A DNA stretch of 40,010 nucleotides from a virus (IMGVR_UViG_3300017707_001389:1-40010); one strand, 5' to 3'. Shown: positions 26,087 to 34,350, counted from the stretch's first letter. Program-made: numbers and translations. Notes: a model not told the origin generated them from the letters alone.

Positions 26087-26886
26087 TGCTGGCGTACCAC
26101 GGCACACCCTGCGGCGGCAAGCGAGAGGAAGTGGCACGCTTCCTCAAAGGCCGGCACGCGCTCATTCCGTGGGTGCGTGATGAGGACATCGGGACCGTAG
26201 CGGAAGTGTGCCAATCGTTCTGTTTGGATAACGGCGCGTTCACGGCCTGGAAATCCGGCGAGCCTATCACAGATTGGAGCGGCTACTACGACTGGGTGAA
26301 GCTCTGGTATCGGCACCCCGGCTTTGACTTCGCCATCATTCCCGACGTGATCGACGGCACCGAAGTCGATAACGAGAACCTAATTGCGGAGTGGCAGAAA
26401 GCAGCCTTCAGGAAGGGGCACCCCAAGCTAGTAGCTGCTGGCGTGCCTGTGTGGCACCTGCACGAAAGCCTTGAGCGACTTGACCGGCTCGTGCGATTAT
26501 GGCCGCGCGTGGCACTCGGCAGCAGCGGGCAGTGGGCAACGCCTGGCACGGATGGCTGGTGGACGCGGATGGCGGAGGCGATGAGCGTGGCGTGCAACAG
26601 CGACGGGCAGCCGCGTGTGAAGCTCCACGGCTTGCGGATGCTTGACCCGGCGGTGTTTACGCGACTGCCGCTGGCGAGCGCCGACAGCACCAACGCCGTC
26701 CGCAACGGGAACCTCGTGAAGCGATACGGCATGTACTGTCCGCCTAGCAATGGCGCGCGGCAGGCGATCATTGCCGACCGTATCGAGTCGCATCAGAGCG
26801 CCGCGATATGGGTGGCGCGAGAAGAACAAGGCGTGCTGGTGTGGAGCGAAGCATGCGGACGTAACAAGATCCTGGGGGAAGAATGA
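26086..26886 (+). CDS. TGT/DpdA-like (guanine transglycosylase fold) protein
   Basis: 'LDNGAF', 'IIPDVIDG', 'VPVWH', 'VALGSS', 'LHGLR', 'SADST' follow TGT-fold motif order. Confidence 0.65.
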   Translation: MLAYHGTPCGGKREEVARFLKGRHALIPWVRDEDIGTVAEVCQSFCLDNGAFTAWKSGEPITDWSGYYDWVKLWYRHPGFDFAIIPDVIDGTEVDNENLIAEWQKAAFRKGHPKLVAAGVPVWHLHESLERLDRLVRLWPRVALGSSGQWATPGTDGWWTRMAEAMSVACNSDGQPRVKLHGLRMLDPAVFTRLPLASADSTNAVRNGNLVKRYGMYCPPSNGARQAIIADRIESHQSAAIWVAREEQGVLVWSEACGRNKILGEE

Positions 26887-27137
26887 ACATCCAACAAATC
26901 GCCGAACGGATTCGCGACGGAATTATTTGCGATAGCGAAGCAGTCACGTTGGCGAAAGCCTATCTCGCGCTGACCAGCATGAGGACAACGCGAGGCAGCG
27001 AGTACGAAATGCATATCGAGTCTTTGATGGCCGCCGCCCACTGCACACGCGAAGAGGCTCTGGAGGTAGACATTAGCGCTTGGCGGTACGCAGAGTCGCT
27101 GGCGAAGCTCGGCAATATGAAAGGAGCGGAGAAGTGA
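26883..27137 (+). CDS. Hypothetical protein
   Basis: ATGA coupling. Confidence 0.55.
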   Translation: MNIQQIAERIRDGIICDSEAVTLAKAYLALTSMRTTRGSEYEMHIESLMAAAHCTREEALEVDISAWRYAESLAKLGNMKGAEK

Positions 27138-27610
27138 TTGACTACCAAAAGCACCCCGACCCGAAAGCGCAAATGGAGCTCGCGCTATCCGGCAAGACGA
27201 CCGCGAGCCCCAAGCTGCATCGCCCGCGATTCAACTTCAACCGCGACAATACAAAGTACGGCAAGCGCCACAAAAAAGGCGTGATGAACGGCACGGAGAA
27301 GGCATACGCCGCAATCCTTGAGGAGCAGAAAGCCGCTGGCGAAATCATCGACTGGATATTTGAGGCGGTGACGTTTCGGCTGACCGATGGGCTGTGTACG
27401 TACACCCCCGATTTCCAGGTGTTCTACGCCGATGGCGTGATGGAATTCGTTGACGCAAAGGGCGGCGGACCCATCGACGACAAAAGCATCGTGAAGGTCA
27501 AGTGTGCGGCGGAGAAGTTCTGGATGTACCGCTTCGTCGTGATGCAGAAGCTGTCGAAGAAGCACATCGAGAAGAACGATGGCAAGCCGTGGAAGCGAAC
27601 CGAATATTGA
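27134..27610 (+). CDS. PD-(D/E)xK endonuclease (DUF1064-like)
   Basis: 'MNGTEKAYA', 'YTPDFQV', 'EFVDAKG'; GTG 27134. Confidence 0.8.
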   Translation: MIDYQKHPDPKAQMELALSGKTTASPKLHRPRFNFNRDNTKYGKRHKKGVMNGTEKAYAAILEEQKAAGEIIDWIFEAVTFRLTDGLCTYTPDFQVFYADGVMEFVDAKGGGPIDDKSIVKVKCAAEKFWMYRFVVMQKLSKKHIEKNDGKPWKRTEY

Positions 27611-27628
27611 ACAGAAAGGCGGTGAAGC

Positions 27629-27982
27629 ATGACCATCCCAGAGCATCTAGCGGTGTGCGAGAAAGCTACGGCTGGAAGCTGGTACGTTGATAAGACTGTC
27701 GCTCTCGGCGCTTACGGCGTGTGGAAGGACGTGTACGACACCGACGAGCCGATGCAGCAAATTTGTTCGGTGTTCTCAAATAACAAGAGCGACGTGCCTC
27801 GCGAAGAACGAGACGCGAACGCCACCTTCATCGCCATGGCTCGCACCGCCCTGCCCGACGCGCTCCGCAAGCTGGCGGCGATTGAGGAGCGGTGCAATTC
27901 CGTTGTTACTCACGCGAGCAACATCGGTCGCGAAATTTTGGCGCGTGAAATCCTCACCATCATCGAAGGAGAGTCACCATGA
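27629..27982 (+). CDS. Ea22/Ead-like protein
   Basis: 'EKATAGSW' and 'DANATFIAMARTALP' motifs. Confidence 0.65.
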   Translation: MTIPEHLAVCEKATAGSWYVDKTVALGAYGVWKDVYDTDEPMQQICSVFSNNKSDVPREERDANATFIAMARTALPDALRKLAAIEERCNSVVTHASNIGREILAREILTIIEGESP

Positions 27983-28533
27983 CGCGACCGTGGAAGGCGA
28001 CAGCGGAGCAGGTGGCAGAGCATGGGCGACATGCTGATTTTTATGCGTGGAGCGAGTGGTTTCAACATACTTTTCCTAGTGACACGCTACAGGGTGAGGC
28101 GTACATCGCTTTTTGCAAACTCGTTGACGGAGCATCGCCGCCCACCTTCCGCCACCGCGTCGCCCTCGATCAAGTCGCGGAGTGGATCGCCGCGCAGCAC
28201 GAAGTCACGGCAGAGGAAGTGCAGGCGCTGTTTATGCCGGTGGTCAAGCCGCTTGAGTTTCGGCAAGTGACGAGCGACACGGCGCACGTAAACGGCAGTT
28301 GGACCGCTGACTGTGCTGATGGCTGGTACACGATCATCCGCATCCACGGCGACCTTCGCGTCACGTTCAGGAGCGAGCCGATTACAAGCGACGAACACGC
28401 CACCCTCGAACTCGCCCAAGCCGCCGCCCAGGCCCACTGGGAGGAGCGAGCGATGGCGTTTTGGCGGGAGGCGTTTCATAATTCCAGAAAATTCCCGGAA
28501 AGTGTGCGCACAGTAGTTGACGGGCGACGATAG
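27979..28533 (+). CDS. Hypothetical protein
   Basis: 'VKPLEF...TLELAQAAAQAHWE' phage early-protein motif. Confidence 0.6.
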   Translation: MTRPWKATAEQVAEHGRHADFYAWSEWFQHTFPSDTLQGEAYIAFCKLVDGASPPTFRHRVALDQVAEWIAAQHEVTAEEVQALFMPVVKPLEFRQVTSDTAHVNGSWTADCADGWYTIIRIHGDLRVTFRSEPITSDEHATLELAQAAAQAHWEERAMAFWREAFHNSRKFPESVRTVVDGRR

Positions 28534-28545
28534 AGTGTGTATAGG
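28517..28545 (+). promoter_or_regulatory. Sigma70-like promoter of moron-like unit
   Basis: TTGACG (28517-28522), 17 bp, TATAGG (28540-28545) preceded by TGTG. Confidence 0.45.
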
Positions 28546-28594
28546 TAGGACATGGCGAGCGAATGACGCGAGCCAAACTAACCTGGAGAAAAGC

Positions 28595-28978
28595 ATGTAT
28601 CACACCTCACCCATCGCGAACCTGGTGCCGGAGATCACCGCCGCCAAATCGCTTTGCCTGGCTGACGACCTGGAAATCTGCCAGTCGTACCGCCGCGGCG
28701 GTGACAGCGTGGAGCATCACACCTACGTCGCGTCGTGGGACTCGGCCAATCTGGCGAGCGAAGCCGACCTGACCGCCATCGTTGAAAGCCTGGGATGGGA
28801 CATGGAGGACAAATTCGAGTGCCAGCCGTATCTCGCGATGAAAAATGCGAAGGTTCGCGCCGCTGTGCTCGCCGCTGGATTCGACGGCGCGACCTACGAA
28901 GACACCCACGAGGGCTGCAACTACATGACGACAGAATTGCTTCGCCAGCCGGAAGGTTTTATGTTTCGCACGCTCTAA
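28595..28978 (+). CDS. Possible ADP-ribosyltransferase-like (ART-PolyVal-like) small protein
   Basis: 'YHTS...LCLADD...CQSY...AAGFDGATYED' echoes the YHGT..YF..A..Y..GYDG pattern; SD GGAG. Confidence 0.4.
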   Translation: MYHTSPIANLVPEITAAKSLCLADDLEICQSYRRGGDSVEHHTYVASWDSANLASEADLTAIVESLGWDMEDKFECQPYLAMKNAKVRAAVLAAGFDGATYEDTHEGCNYMTTELLRQPEGFMFRTL

Positions 28979-28989
28979 TTTCCTCCCTC

Positions 28990-29010
28990 GCCGCCCCGCA
29001 CTGGGGCGGC
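28990..29010 (+). terminator. GC-rich hairpin (weak terminator or processing site)
   Basis: GCCGCCCC-GCACT-GGGGCGGC followed only by TCTT. Confidence 0.4.
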
Positions 29011-29032
29011 TCTTGAAAGAGGCGAACAAATA

Positions 29033-29218
29033 ATGCCACGATTCAACAGCAACCAACCTCCAGACTGGCTCGCCGCATTCAAGCGAGCCGCCAAACGTGA
29101 AAAGCTCTCCCTGTCCGAGTGGATGGGCAACGCCTGCCGCGCCGCCTTGCCGGAAAGAGAGCGGGCGAAGCTGAGCGAGCGACCGCCGGCGTGTAGACCG
29201 AAAAAGGAAGCGAAGTAG
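29033..29218 (+). CDS. RHH-like DNA-binding protein
   Basis: 'PPDWLAAFKRAAKREKLSLSEWM' plus basic RPKK tail. Confidence 0.7.
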   Translation: MPRFNSNQPPDWLAAFKRAAKREKLSLSEWMGNACRAALPERERAKLSERPPACRPKKEAK

Positions 29219-29243
29219 GAAGCACAGCCGGAGGAACTGGCAC

Positions 29244-29444
29244 ATGGGGAAGCGAAAGACGACCCGGTGGAACTCGCGCAAGAAGCCGGTGCAGGTCGCG
29301 TGCGGCGAGCACGTGATTACGTTCCGCGAAGTCGTCGTCGTGCGGCGCGGGCGGCGGGAGCGCGTGATTGAGATTGACGCGCCGGAATGCCTCAAGTTTG
29401 AAAGGGTGAGTTTGGGCGAACGGCAGGGCCAGCCAGCGGGCTAA
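29244..29444 (+). CDS. Possible divergent CsrA-like protein
   Basis: SD GGAGG; 66 aa; 'SRK...GEHVITF....RVIEIDAPECLKFER' resembles CsrA 'VRIGIDAP.....R'. Confidence 0.45.
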   Translation: MGKRKTTRWNSRKKPVQVACGEHVITFREVVVVRRGRRERVIEIDAPECLKFERVSLGERQGQPAG

Positions 29445-29450
29445 TTCTGC

Positions 29451-29483
29451 TTGACTGACGCAACCCCCCTCAGTTAGTATTCT
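29451..29483 (+). promoter_or_regulatory. Sigma70-like promoter for the right-arm operon
   Basis: TTGACT (29451-29456), 18 bp, TAGTAT (29475-29480); overlapping alternative -10 TATTCT. Confidence 0.45.
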
Positions 29484-29573
29484 TCTGTGAGCGTAAGTCG
29501 CCGTGCATGCGGAGCAGCTCACGATCTCTTCACCGTGCAAGCGGAATCCCCGCACTCTCGCGCACGGTGCAAA

Positions 29574-29864
29574 ATGTCCGAATCTCTTCAATCCGCCGCC
29601 GCCGCTGCCGTTGGCGAGCCAGACGCCTTTTCTGACGGTGGTCCGCTCGATGCCGCTCGCGGCTTCAAGAGCTACGCCGAGCACTCGCTGTCGCTCGGCA
29701 TCGACAAGGAACTCGTGATTGCCGCGCTCGAAACGGCGTGGGACACGATGATCGCGCCGATCAATTTCCAGCGGATCCCCGACTTCTTCGAGAAGCGGCT
29801 GAAGGACATGCTCCGCGCCGGCATACGGCCGCTGGTTGAGCAGGTCTATTCGATGGGCAGCTAG
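29574..29864 (+). CDS. Hypothetical helical protein
   Basis: ATG 29574 after structured leader. Confidence 0.6.
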   Translation: MSESLQSAAAAAVGEPDAFSDGGPLDAARGFKSYAEHSLSLGIDKELVIAALETAWDTMIAPINFQRIPDFFEKRLKDMLRAGIRPLVEQVYSMGS

Positions 29865-29885
29865 TCACACGCGGAGGCTAGTGCG

Positions 29886-30056
29886 ATGGACGACATCTTG
29901 CAACCCGGTTTCGCTTACACACGCGATGGCGTGCGCCGCAAGGTCGTCTGGAATTGGGGCAAGGTAATTATCTATCGCGAGCGTGGCAGCGACCGAAACG
30001 ACGCCTGCACTGTGGACGAATGGGCGGATTGGTTCTTTGGAGGCATCTACCCATGA
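29886..30056 (+). CDS. 56-aa hypothetical protein
   Basis: SD GGAGG; MDDILQPGFAYTRDGVRRKVVWNWG...; ATGA coupling. Confidence 0.55.
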   Translation: MDDILQPGFAYTRDGVRRKVVWNWGKVIIYRERGSDRNDACTVDEWADWFFGGIYP

Positions 30057-30481
30057 CCCACGAAGAAACGCTATTCACATCGGACACGAGCAGCGGGCGG
30101 GAGTGCGTGCATTACTTGCCGCCTCGCATCGACTGCACTGCCGACGAAACACCCCCGCCCATCAAGAGCGTGGAGTGGGAGGCACTAACTCGTCATCCTT
30201 ACATCGCATTGCCAATCCCGCAATCGTCGATTGATGCCGCTCGCATCGCCGCCCTGGAAGCAGAGGTAGCGAAACTGAAGACCGACGCCCAAGAGTGGGA
30301 GCAATTGGTTCACCAAGCCTTGAACGTGAACAAGTTGCTGCAAGAGAGGCTGAAGAAATCGAGCGAGGAAGAGAACAAGCGGCTGCGGGAGCAAGTCGAG
30401 AACCTGCAACGCCTCGTGGTGCCGCCAGTGCAAAGCGCGAGCGTTTCGAGCGACAACACGCGAGGGACGTGGCGCATATGA
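30053..30481 (+). CDS. Coiled-coil hypothetical protein
   Basis: 'RIAALEAEVAKLK...ENKRLREQVENLQ'. Confidence 0.6.
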   Translation: MTHEETLFTSDTSSGRECVHYLPPRIDCTADETPPPIKSVEWEALTRHPYIALPIPQSSIDAARIAALEAEVAKLKTDAQEWEQLVHQALNVNKLLQERLKKSSEEENKRLREQVENLQRLVVPPVQSASVSSDNTRGTWRI

Positions 30482-31170
30482 AATCCGCGCACAGCTACAT
30501 CGCCGCTTTCCTCCTCGCCATCTGGTGGCTGCTGCGCGAACGCTGGGACACGCTGCCGACCTTCGCCGCGATCGACATGCCGTGGTATGCGATCCTCAAC
30601 ACCGTGCTGATGCTCGCCGTGCTCGCCGTGCTGTGCGGCAAGCAGATCCAGTCGGGAGCGGTGGCAGGCTGGGGCTGGGTCGCAACCCGAACGATTAGCG
30701 AACGCTCGCGCAAGTGGTTATTTCTGTTGCCAGCGTTTTTCATTCCAGTGACGTTCGCGGCCGGGCTTTGGGTGGGCCGCTGGATTCCGTTTCCCCCTCC
30801 CTCCCCGCCGAAGCCGGATGTGGTGGTGCCAACGCCGATTGAAGGCCCGCTGTCGATCTTCCTCATCCACGAAGCCAAAGAGAAAACACCTGCACTGGCA
30901 CGCACGATTACCGACCTCCGCGCCGGTGCCGCCGCCGACTATCTCGCCAAGCAAAAGCACTCGCTCCTGATCCTCGACGACGACTCCAAAGACGCCAACG
31001 GCGAACCTTCCGCCGTGCTCAAACAGTGGCGCGAGAAGTACGCGACCGTCAAGCTGCCCGCCGTGCTCATCGTCGCCAAGAGCGGCGCGGTGCTACACGC
31101 GGACACGCTCAAAGACGGCGCGACCGCTGACAACATCGTGGAACTCGTCCGCGCGAAGGAGGGCAAGTGA
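30478..31170 (+). CDS. Membrane protein with Pro-rich linker and possible thioredoxin-like domain
   Basis: About 3 hydrophobic helices, PPPSPPKP linker, 'KLPAVLIVAKSGAVL' beta-hairpin; no CxxC. Confidence 0.6.
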   Translation: MKSAHSYIAAFLLAIWWLLRERWDTLPTFAAIDMPWYAILNTVLMLAVLAVLCGKQIQSGAVAGWGWVATRTISERSRKWLFLLPAFFIPVTFAAGLWVGRWIPFPPPSPPKPDVVVPTPIEGPLSIFLIHEAKEKTPALARTITDLRAGAAADYLAKQKHSLLILDDDSKDANGEPSAVLKQWREKYATVKLPAVLIVAKSGAVLHADTLKDGATADNIVELVRAKEGK

Positions 31171-31925
31171 GCACGATCAACCCAAAATTCCTCGATGTCG
31201 ATTTCACGAAAGACCCGCGCTACGTCTGTGGCTATCAAGCCGTGGGCGATCACCGCTGTCTGGCTTATGCCGACTCCACAGACCTCATCCCAGAGAGTGA
31301 GTGGCGGGAACTCGTCGCGCTCATTGATGCTGGCGGCGGCGGTGCGGATCGTCTTGTCACCCGCATCTACGACCAAAAAAACGAAGGCTCTTGTGTGGCG
31401 AACGCTTGCAGCCAAGGGCACGAGATTCTGCAAGCCAAGCAGCTTGGCCGCGACCGCGTGACGCACCTGTCCGCGATGAGCCTTTACAAGCGGATTGGCT
31501 CGTCACCCAACAGCGGCGCAATGGTCAGCGACGGCATGGACGAAATGAGCGAGCGGGGAATCCTGCCACTCGACAACCCAGAGAATCGCGCACGCTTCGG
31601 CGACAAAGTGATGCCGAACACCGGCTGGCGGACTGCGATGCCATCCGGCTGGGAGGATGTCGCCAAGCTGTTCCGCCTCGATGAGCGGCGAGTGATTACC
31701 TCGGTCAACGAAATGATGACGGCGCTGATTAAGCAAGAGCCGGTCATCGTCGGACGTGAGGGGCACTCGATCTGCTATGTCCGCCCGATGTGGGACGGCA
31801 GGTGGGTCGTCAAGTATGCGAATAGCTGGGGCGATTGGGGAGAGAAGGGCTACGGCTTCGACTCCCTCAATCAGATCAAGAAATCGAGCGGCTGGGCCTT
31901 TGCCCTGCAAAGCATTGTCACTTAG
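31167..31925 (+). CDS. Papain-like (C1) cysteine peptidase
   Basis: 'DQKNEGSCVANA' (Gln, Cys), 'GHSI' (His), 'ANSWGDWGEKGYG' (Asn): full catalytic set. Confidence 0.9.
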   Translation: MSTINPKFLDVDFTKDPRYVCGYQAVGDHRCLAYADSTDLIPESEWRELVALIDAGGGGADRLVTRIYDQKNEGSCVANACSQGHEILQAKQLGRDRVTHLSAMSLYKRIGSSPNSGAMVSDGMDEMSERGILPLDNPENRARFGDKVMPNTGWRTAMPSGWEDVAKLFRLDERRVITSVNEMMTALIKQEPVIVGREGHSICYVRPMWDGRWVVKYANSWGDWGEKGYGFDSLNQIKKSSGWAFALQSIVT

Positions 31926-31933
31926 GAGCAACC

Positions 31934-32479
31934 ATGAAACTCGCTCTACACATCCTCGAAACCACCCTGTACGCATCCGTCTGGATCGCGGCATTGTTCA
32001 TCGGCCTCGTGTCGCTGGTGCTCACCGGCTGCGGCACAACCGCCCATGCGACGCCGGCGAAGATCGACGTACCCACCATCATCATCCACGAACCCGCGCC
32101 GCCGCTGGCGGAGGAAGCGCCGGAGAGGGACGTTACTCCGCCAGCGGTTCGCTTGGTCGATACCATCACGCCCCCTAAAGCCGCCGTCCGCATCGACGCC
32201 AACACCTACCGCGCCTGCACCTGCGGCGACAACTGCACCTGTGCGAACTGCCCCGACGATTGCAACCTCGTGGCTAGGGGCGATTGCCCTGGCGGCGTCT
32301 GCCTGCTTCCTATGGCGGCGTCCGGCGGCGTCTCGCGGCGTCCGGCGGCGTCTGAGACGGCAAGCGGGGATTGCTCGAATGGGACTGGCGTTCGCGGCAA
32401 GATCAGAGCCGTGGGCGGCAAAGCGTGGAACGGATTGAAGGGCGCGGGCCGGGTTATCGTGCGACGGTTTCGGAGGTAG
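31934..32479 (+). CDS. Putative lipoprotein with metallothionein-like Cys cluster
   Basis: Hydrophobic leader ending in lipobox LTGC; 'CTCGDNCTCANCPDDC', 'CPGGVC'; basic tail; SD AGGAG. Confidence 0.65.
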   Translation: MKLALHILETTLYASVWIAALFIGLVSLVLTGCGTTAHATPAKIDVPTIIIHEPAPPLAEEAPERDVTPPAVRLVDTITPPKAAVRIDANTYRACTCGDNCTCANCPDDCNLVARGDCPGGVCLLPMAASGGVSRRPAASETASGDCSNGTGVRGKIRAVGGKAWNGLKGAGRVIVRRFRR

Positions 32480-32487
32480 GTTTTTGC

Positions 32488-32558
32488 CCCGACGGACGAG
32501 GACTCAAAGGCTATGCAGCGGCCCGTAAAGAGTCCAGGTTCCTATGCTGCACGTCGGG
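32488..32558 (+). ncRNA. Candidate pseudoknotted RNA motif
   Basis: P1 CCCGACG/CGTCGGG, P2 GGACTC/GAGTCC, loop TGCAGC complementary to GCTGCA next to P1. Confidence 0.5.
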
Positions 32559-32599
32559 TTTTGAGTATTGAGCGGCGTGCGAATCGGAGGGGATGAGCT

Positions 32600-32965
32600 A
32601 TGTGGCAAACCATCGGCGGAATCGCATGTGCGGTATTGGCGCTGCCTTGCGCGGCGATCTTCACCATGTGCTTCGCTACTGCGTTGTCGATGTTCGGCCA
32701 GAGTGGCGGCGGCGATTGCGATATGTCACCGATCTTCAAAGCGGCTGCCTGGGGAGGGATGTTTGTGAGTGGACTAGCAATCGGCGCACTGCTTTGGCTC
32801 GCGTGGATGCTGTTGGCTATTTCGCCACATGAACCGCAAACCTGGGACACCTGGATCATCGAACACCGCAAGACCTGCCCGACGTGCCAGCGTGCATGGG
32901 ACGAAGCCGATTCGCCGATGTGCGAGGAAGCGTTTGCGAAGCTGCAAGAGGAGTTGAGGAAATGA
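32600..32965 (+). CDS. Two-TM protein with C-terminal HxxxCxxC motif
   Basis: Two hydrophobic helices; 'EHRKTCPTC...MCEE'. Confidence 0.6.
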   Translation: MWQTIGGIACAVLALPCAAIFTMCFATALSMFGQSGGGDCDMSPIFKAAAWGGMFVSGLAIGALLWLAWMLLAISPHEPQTWDTWIIEHRKTCPTCQRAWDEADSPMCEEAFAKLQEELRK

Positions 32966-33105
32966 GCGAGATATTCCACGACTTCCTGAAGCGGCACGCA
33001 CCCTACAGCTACCACGCGCGGCGGCGGTACTGGCGGAAGCATCGCGAGCAAGACGCATGGATAGGGACGGTGGTGGTGCCGCTCATCTTGGGGCTACGGA
33101 AGTGA
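32962..33105 (+). CDS. Small protein with hydrophobic C-terminus
   Basis: MSEIFHDFLKRH...IGTVVVPLILGLRK; ATGA coupling. Confidence 0.45.
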   Translation: MSEIFHDFLKRHAPYSYHARRRYWRKHREQDAWIGTVVVPLILGLRK

Positions 33106-33230
33106 CCACCATTGCCGCCATCGTGTCGCTCATCGTCACGGCCATCTGGCTCGCGTCGATGATTCGCCGGTGGCGACAGCGAAGAAAAGATAAGTGGCGG
33201 AGACGGTTTAGAGGGAAGGGTGGATGGTGA
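33102..33230 (+). CDS. 42-aa single-TM protein with Arg-rich tail
   Basis: MTTIAAIVSLIVTAIWLASMIRRWRQRRKDKWRRRFRGKGGW; coupled on both sides. Confidence 0.5.
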   Translation: MTTIAAIVSLIVTAIWLASMIRRWRQRRKDKWRRRFRGKGGW

Positions 33231-33445
33231 TGAGACTACGAACGGCGATCAAGATTTGCAGGCGTATTCACGGTCAAGACTTCGCATCAGTGAACTACCG
33301 CATGAATACTCAGCGGGAGGCATCGCGAATCGGATCGCGAAAGCAAGACGATAGGCGCATGCCATACATCCCGTTCTCGGTGCGAACGTGGGAGGCGATG
33401 GCGAGCGTTTTGGATATGGCAATATTCGCATCAACAGGCGGGTAA
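33230..33445 (+). CDS. Hypothetical basic protein
   Basis: TGATG coupling. Confidence 0.45.
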   Translation: MRLRTAIKICRRIHGQDFASVNYRMNTQREASRIGSRKQDDRRMPYIPFSVRTWEAMASVLDMAIFASTGG

Positions 33446-33468
33446 AGAAATCGGCGGCGAGGTATGAC

Positions 33469-33663
33469 ATGGCCGAAGCCCGCCACCACTGCATCACCTG
33501 CGACAAGCTGACGAACGACGTGTACCGCATCAAGCGAGTGCATCGCAAGACGAAGCGGCTGGAGAAGCGGTGGCAGTGTGCGGAGTGCTGGGAGGATGAG
33601 GTGCGGAGGAGCACGCGAGACGAGGCGAATGGCGACCACCGGGCAAAGGCGAGGGACGAGTGA
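33469..33663 (+). CDS. Small Zn-finger protein
   Basis: CITC...CAEC; SD GAGGT. Confidence 0.55.
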   Translation: MAEARHHCITCDKLTNDVYRIKRVHRKTKRLEKRWQCAECWEDEVRRSTRDEANGDHRAKARDE

Positions 33664-33863
33664 AAGACACACGCAAAAAGGATCTGGACCGGCACCTGGA
33701 ACGCCAGCATCGCAAGGCAAACCGAAAGGCTCGCCAAGAACTAATGTCATTCGAGAAAGCGCTGTCGAAGATATTCCGCGACGGCAAGACGTTCATTCGA
33801 TAACAACCGACCTTGCGGGGGCAGAGCCACAACAACGCAGGAGCAATTTATGAGAGAGCCAAA

Positions 33864-34031
33864 ATGATCACCGCAGCGTTATTTGTCGTGTGCGTAATAC
33901 TCGCCGCCACCTGTGCTGGGCTGGTGCATCGAGTACACGTACTCACCGAAGAAAACGACCGCAAGCGTGTGGTGAATAACTGCGCCGTGCGGGAGGTAAG
34001 CCGCCTAAGCGAAACCCAGCCTTATGCCTGA
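33864..34031 (+). CDS. Small single-TM protein
   Basis: MITAALFVVCVILAATCAGLV...; overlaps next gene. Confidence 0.5.
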   Translation: MITAALFVVCVILAATCAGLVHRVHVLTEENDRKRVVNNCAVREVSRLSETQPYA

Positions 34032-34350
34032 CCTGTCCGCCACCGAATGCGGGATTGCACTAACTGCCATCGGCGGCTTCATCGCGGCTGTCGCGGCGGT
34101 ATGGATCAAGATACGCCAACAGGGACGGACGGAGACGGCGGAGGATCACGCCAGAGCGGTGCATGGCTACGAGGTGCTACTTTCCGGGCAAGCCAAGACG
34201 ATCGAGCAGAAAGAGAAAGTCATCGACCAACTCGCTGGGCGCGTGGACGAACTGGAAGAGGAGCGGGCGAAGTGTCGTGAGGACAAGGCGACGCTGACGC
34301 AAGAGATTAAATGGTTGCGGGACGAGAACGCAAAGCTGAGGGGCACATGA
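34024..34350 (+). CDS. Single-TM coiled-coil protein (holin- or spanin-like candidate)
   Basis: N-terminal TM 'GIALTAIGGFIAAVAAVWI' followed by long coiled coil. Confidence 0.55.
   Translation: MPDLSATECGIALTAIGGFIAAVAAVWIKIRQQGRTETAEDHARAVHGYEVLLSGQAKTIEQKEKVIDQLAGRVDELEEERAKCREDKATLTQEIKWLRDENAKLRGT

Noticed and set aside
32493-32540. Hammerhead or SAM-I identity for the pseudoknot RNA
   Set aside because: Lacks CUGAnGA/GAAA core and the SAM-I AUC and GCAACC signatures
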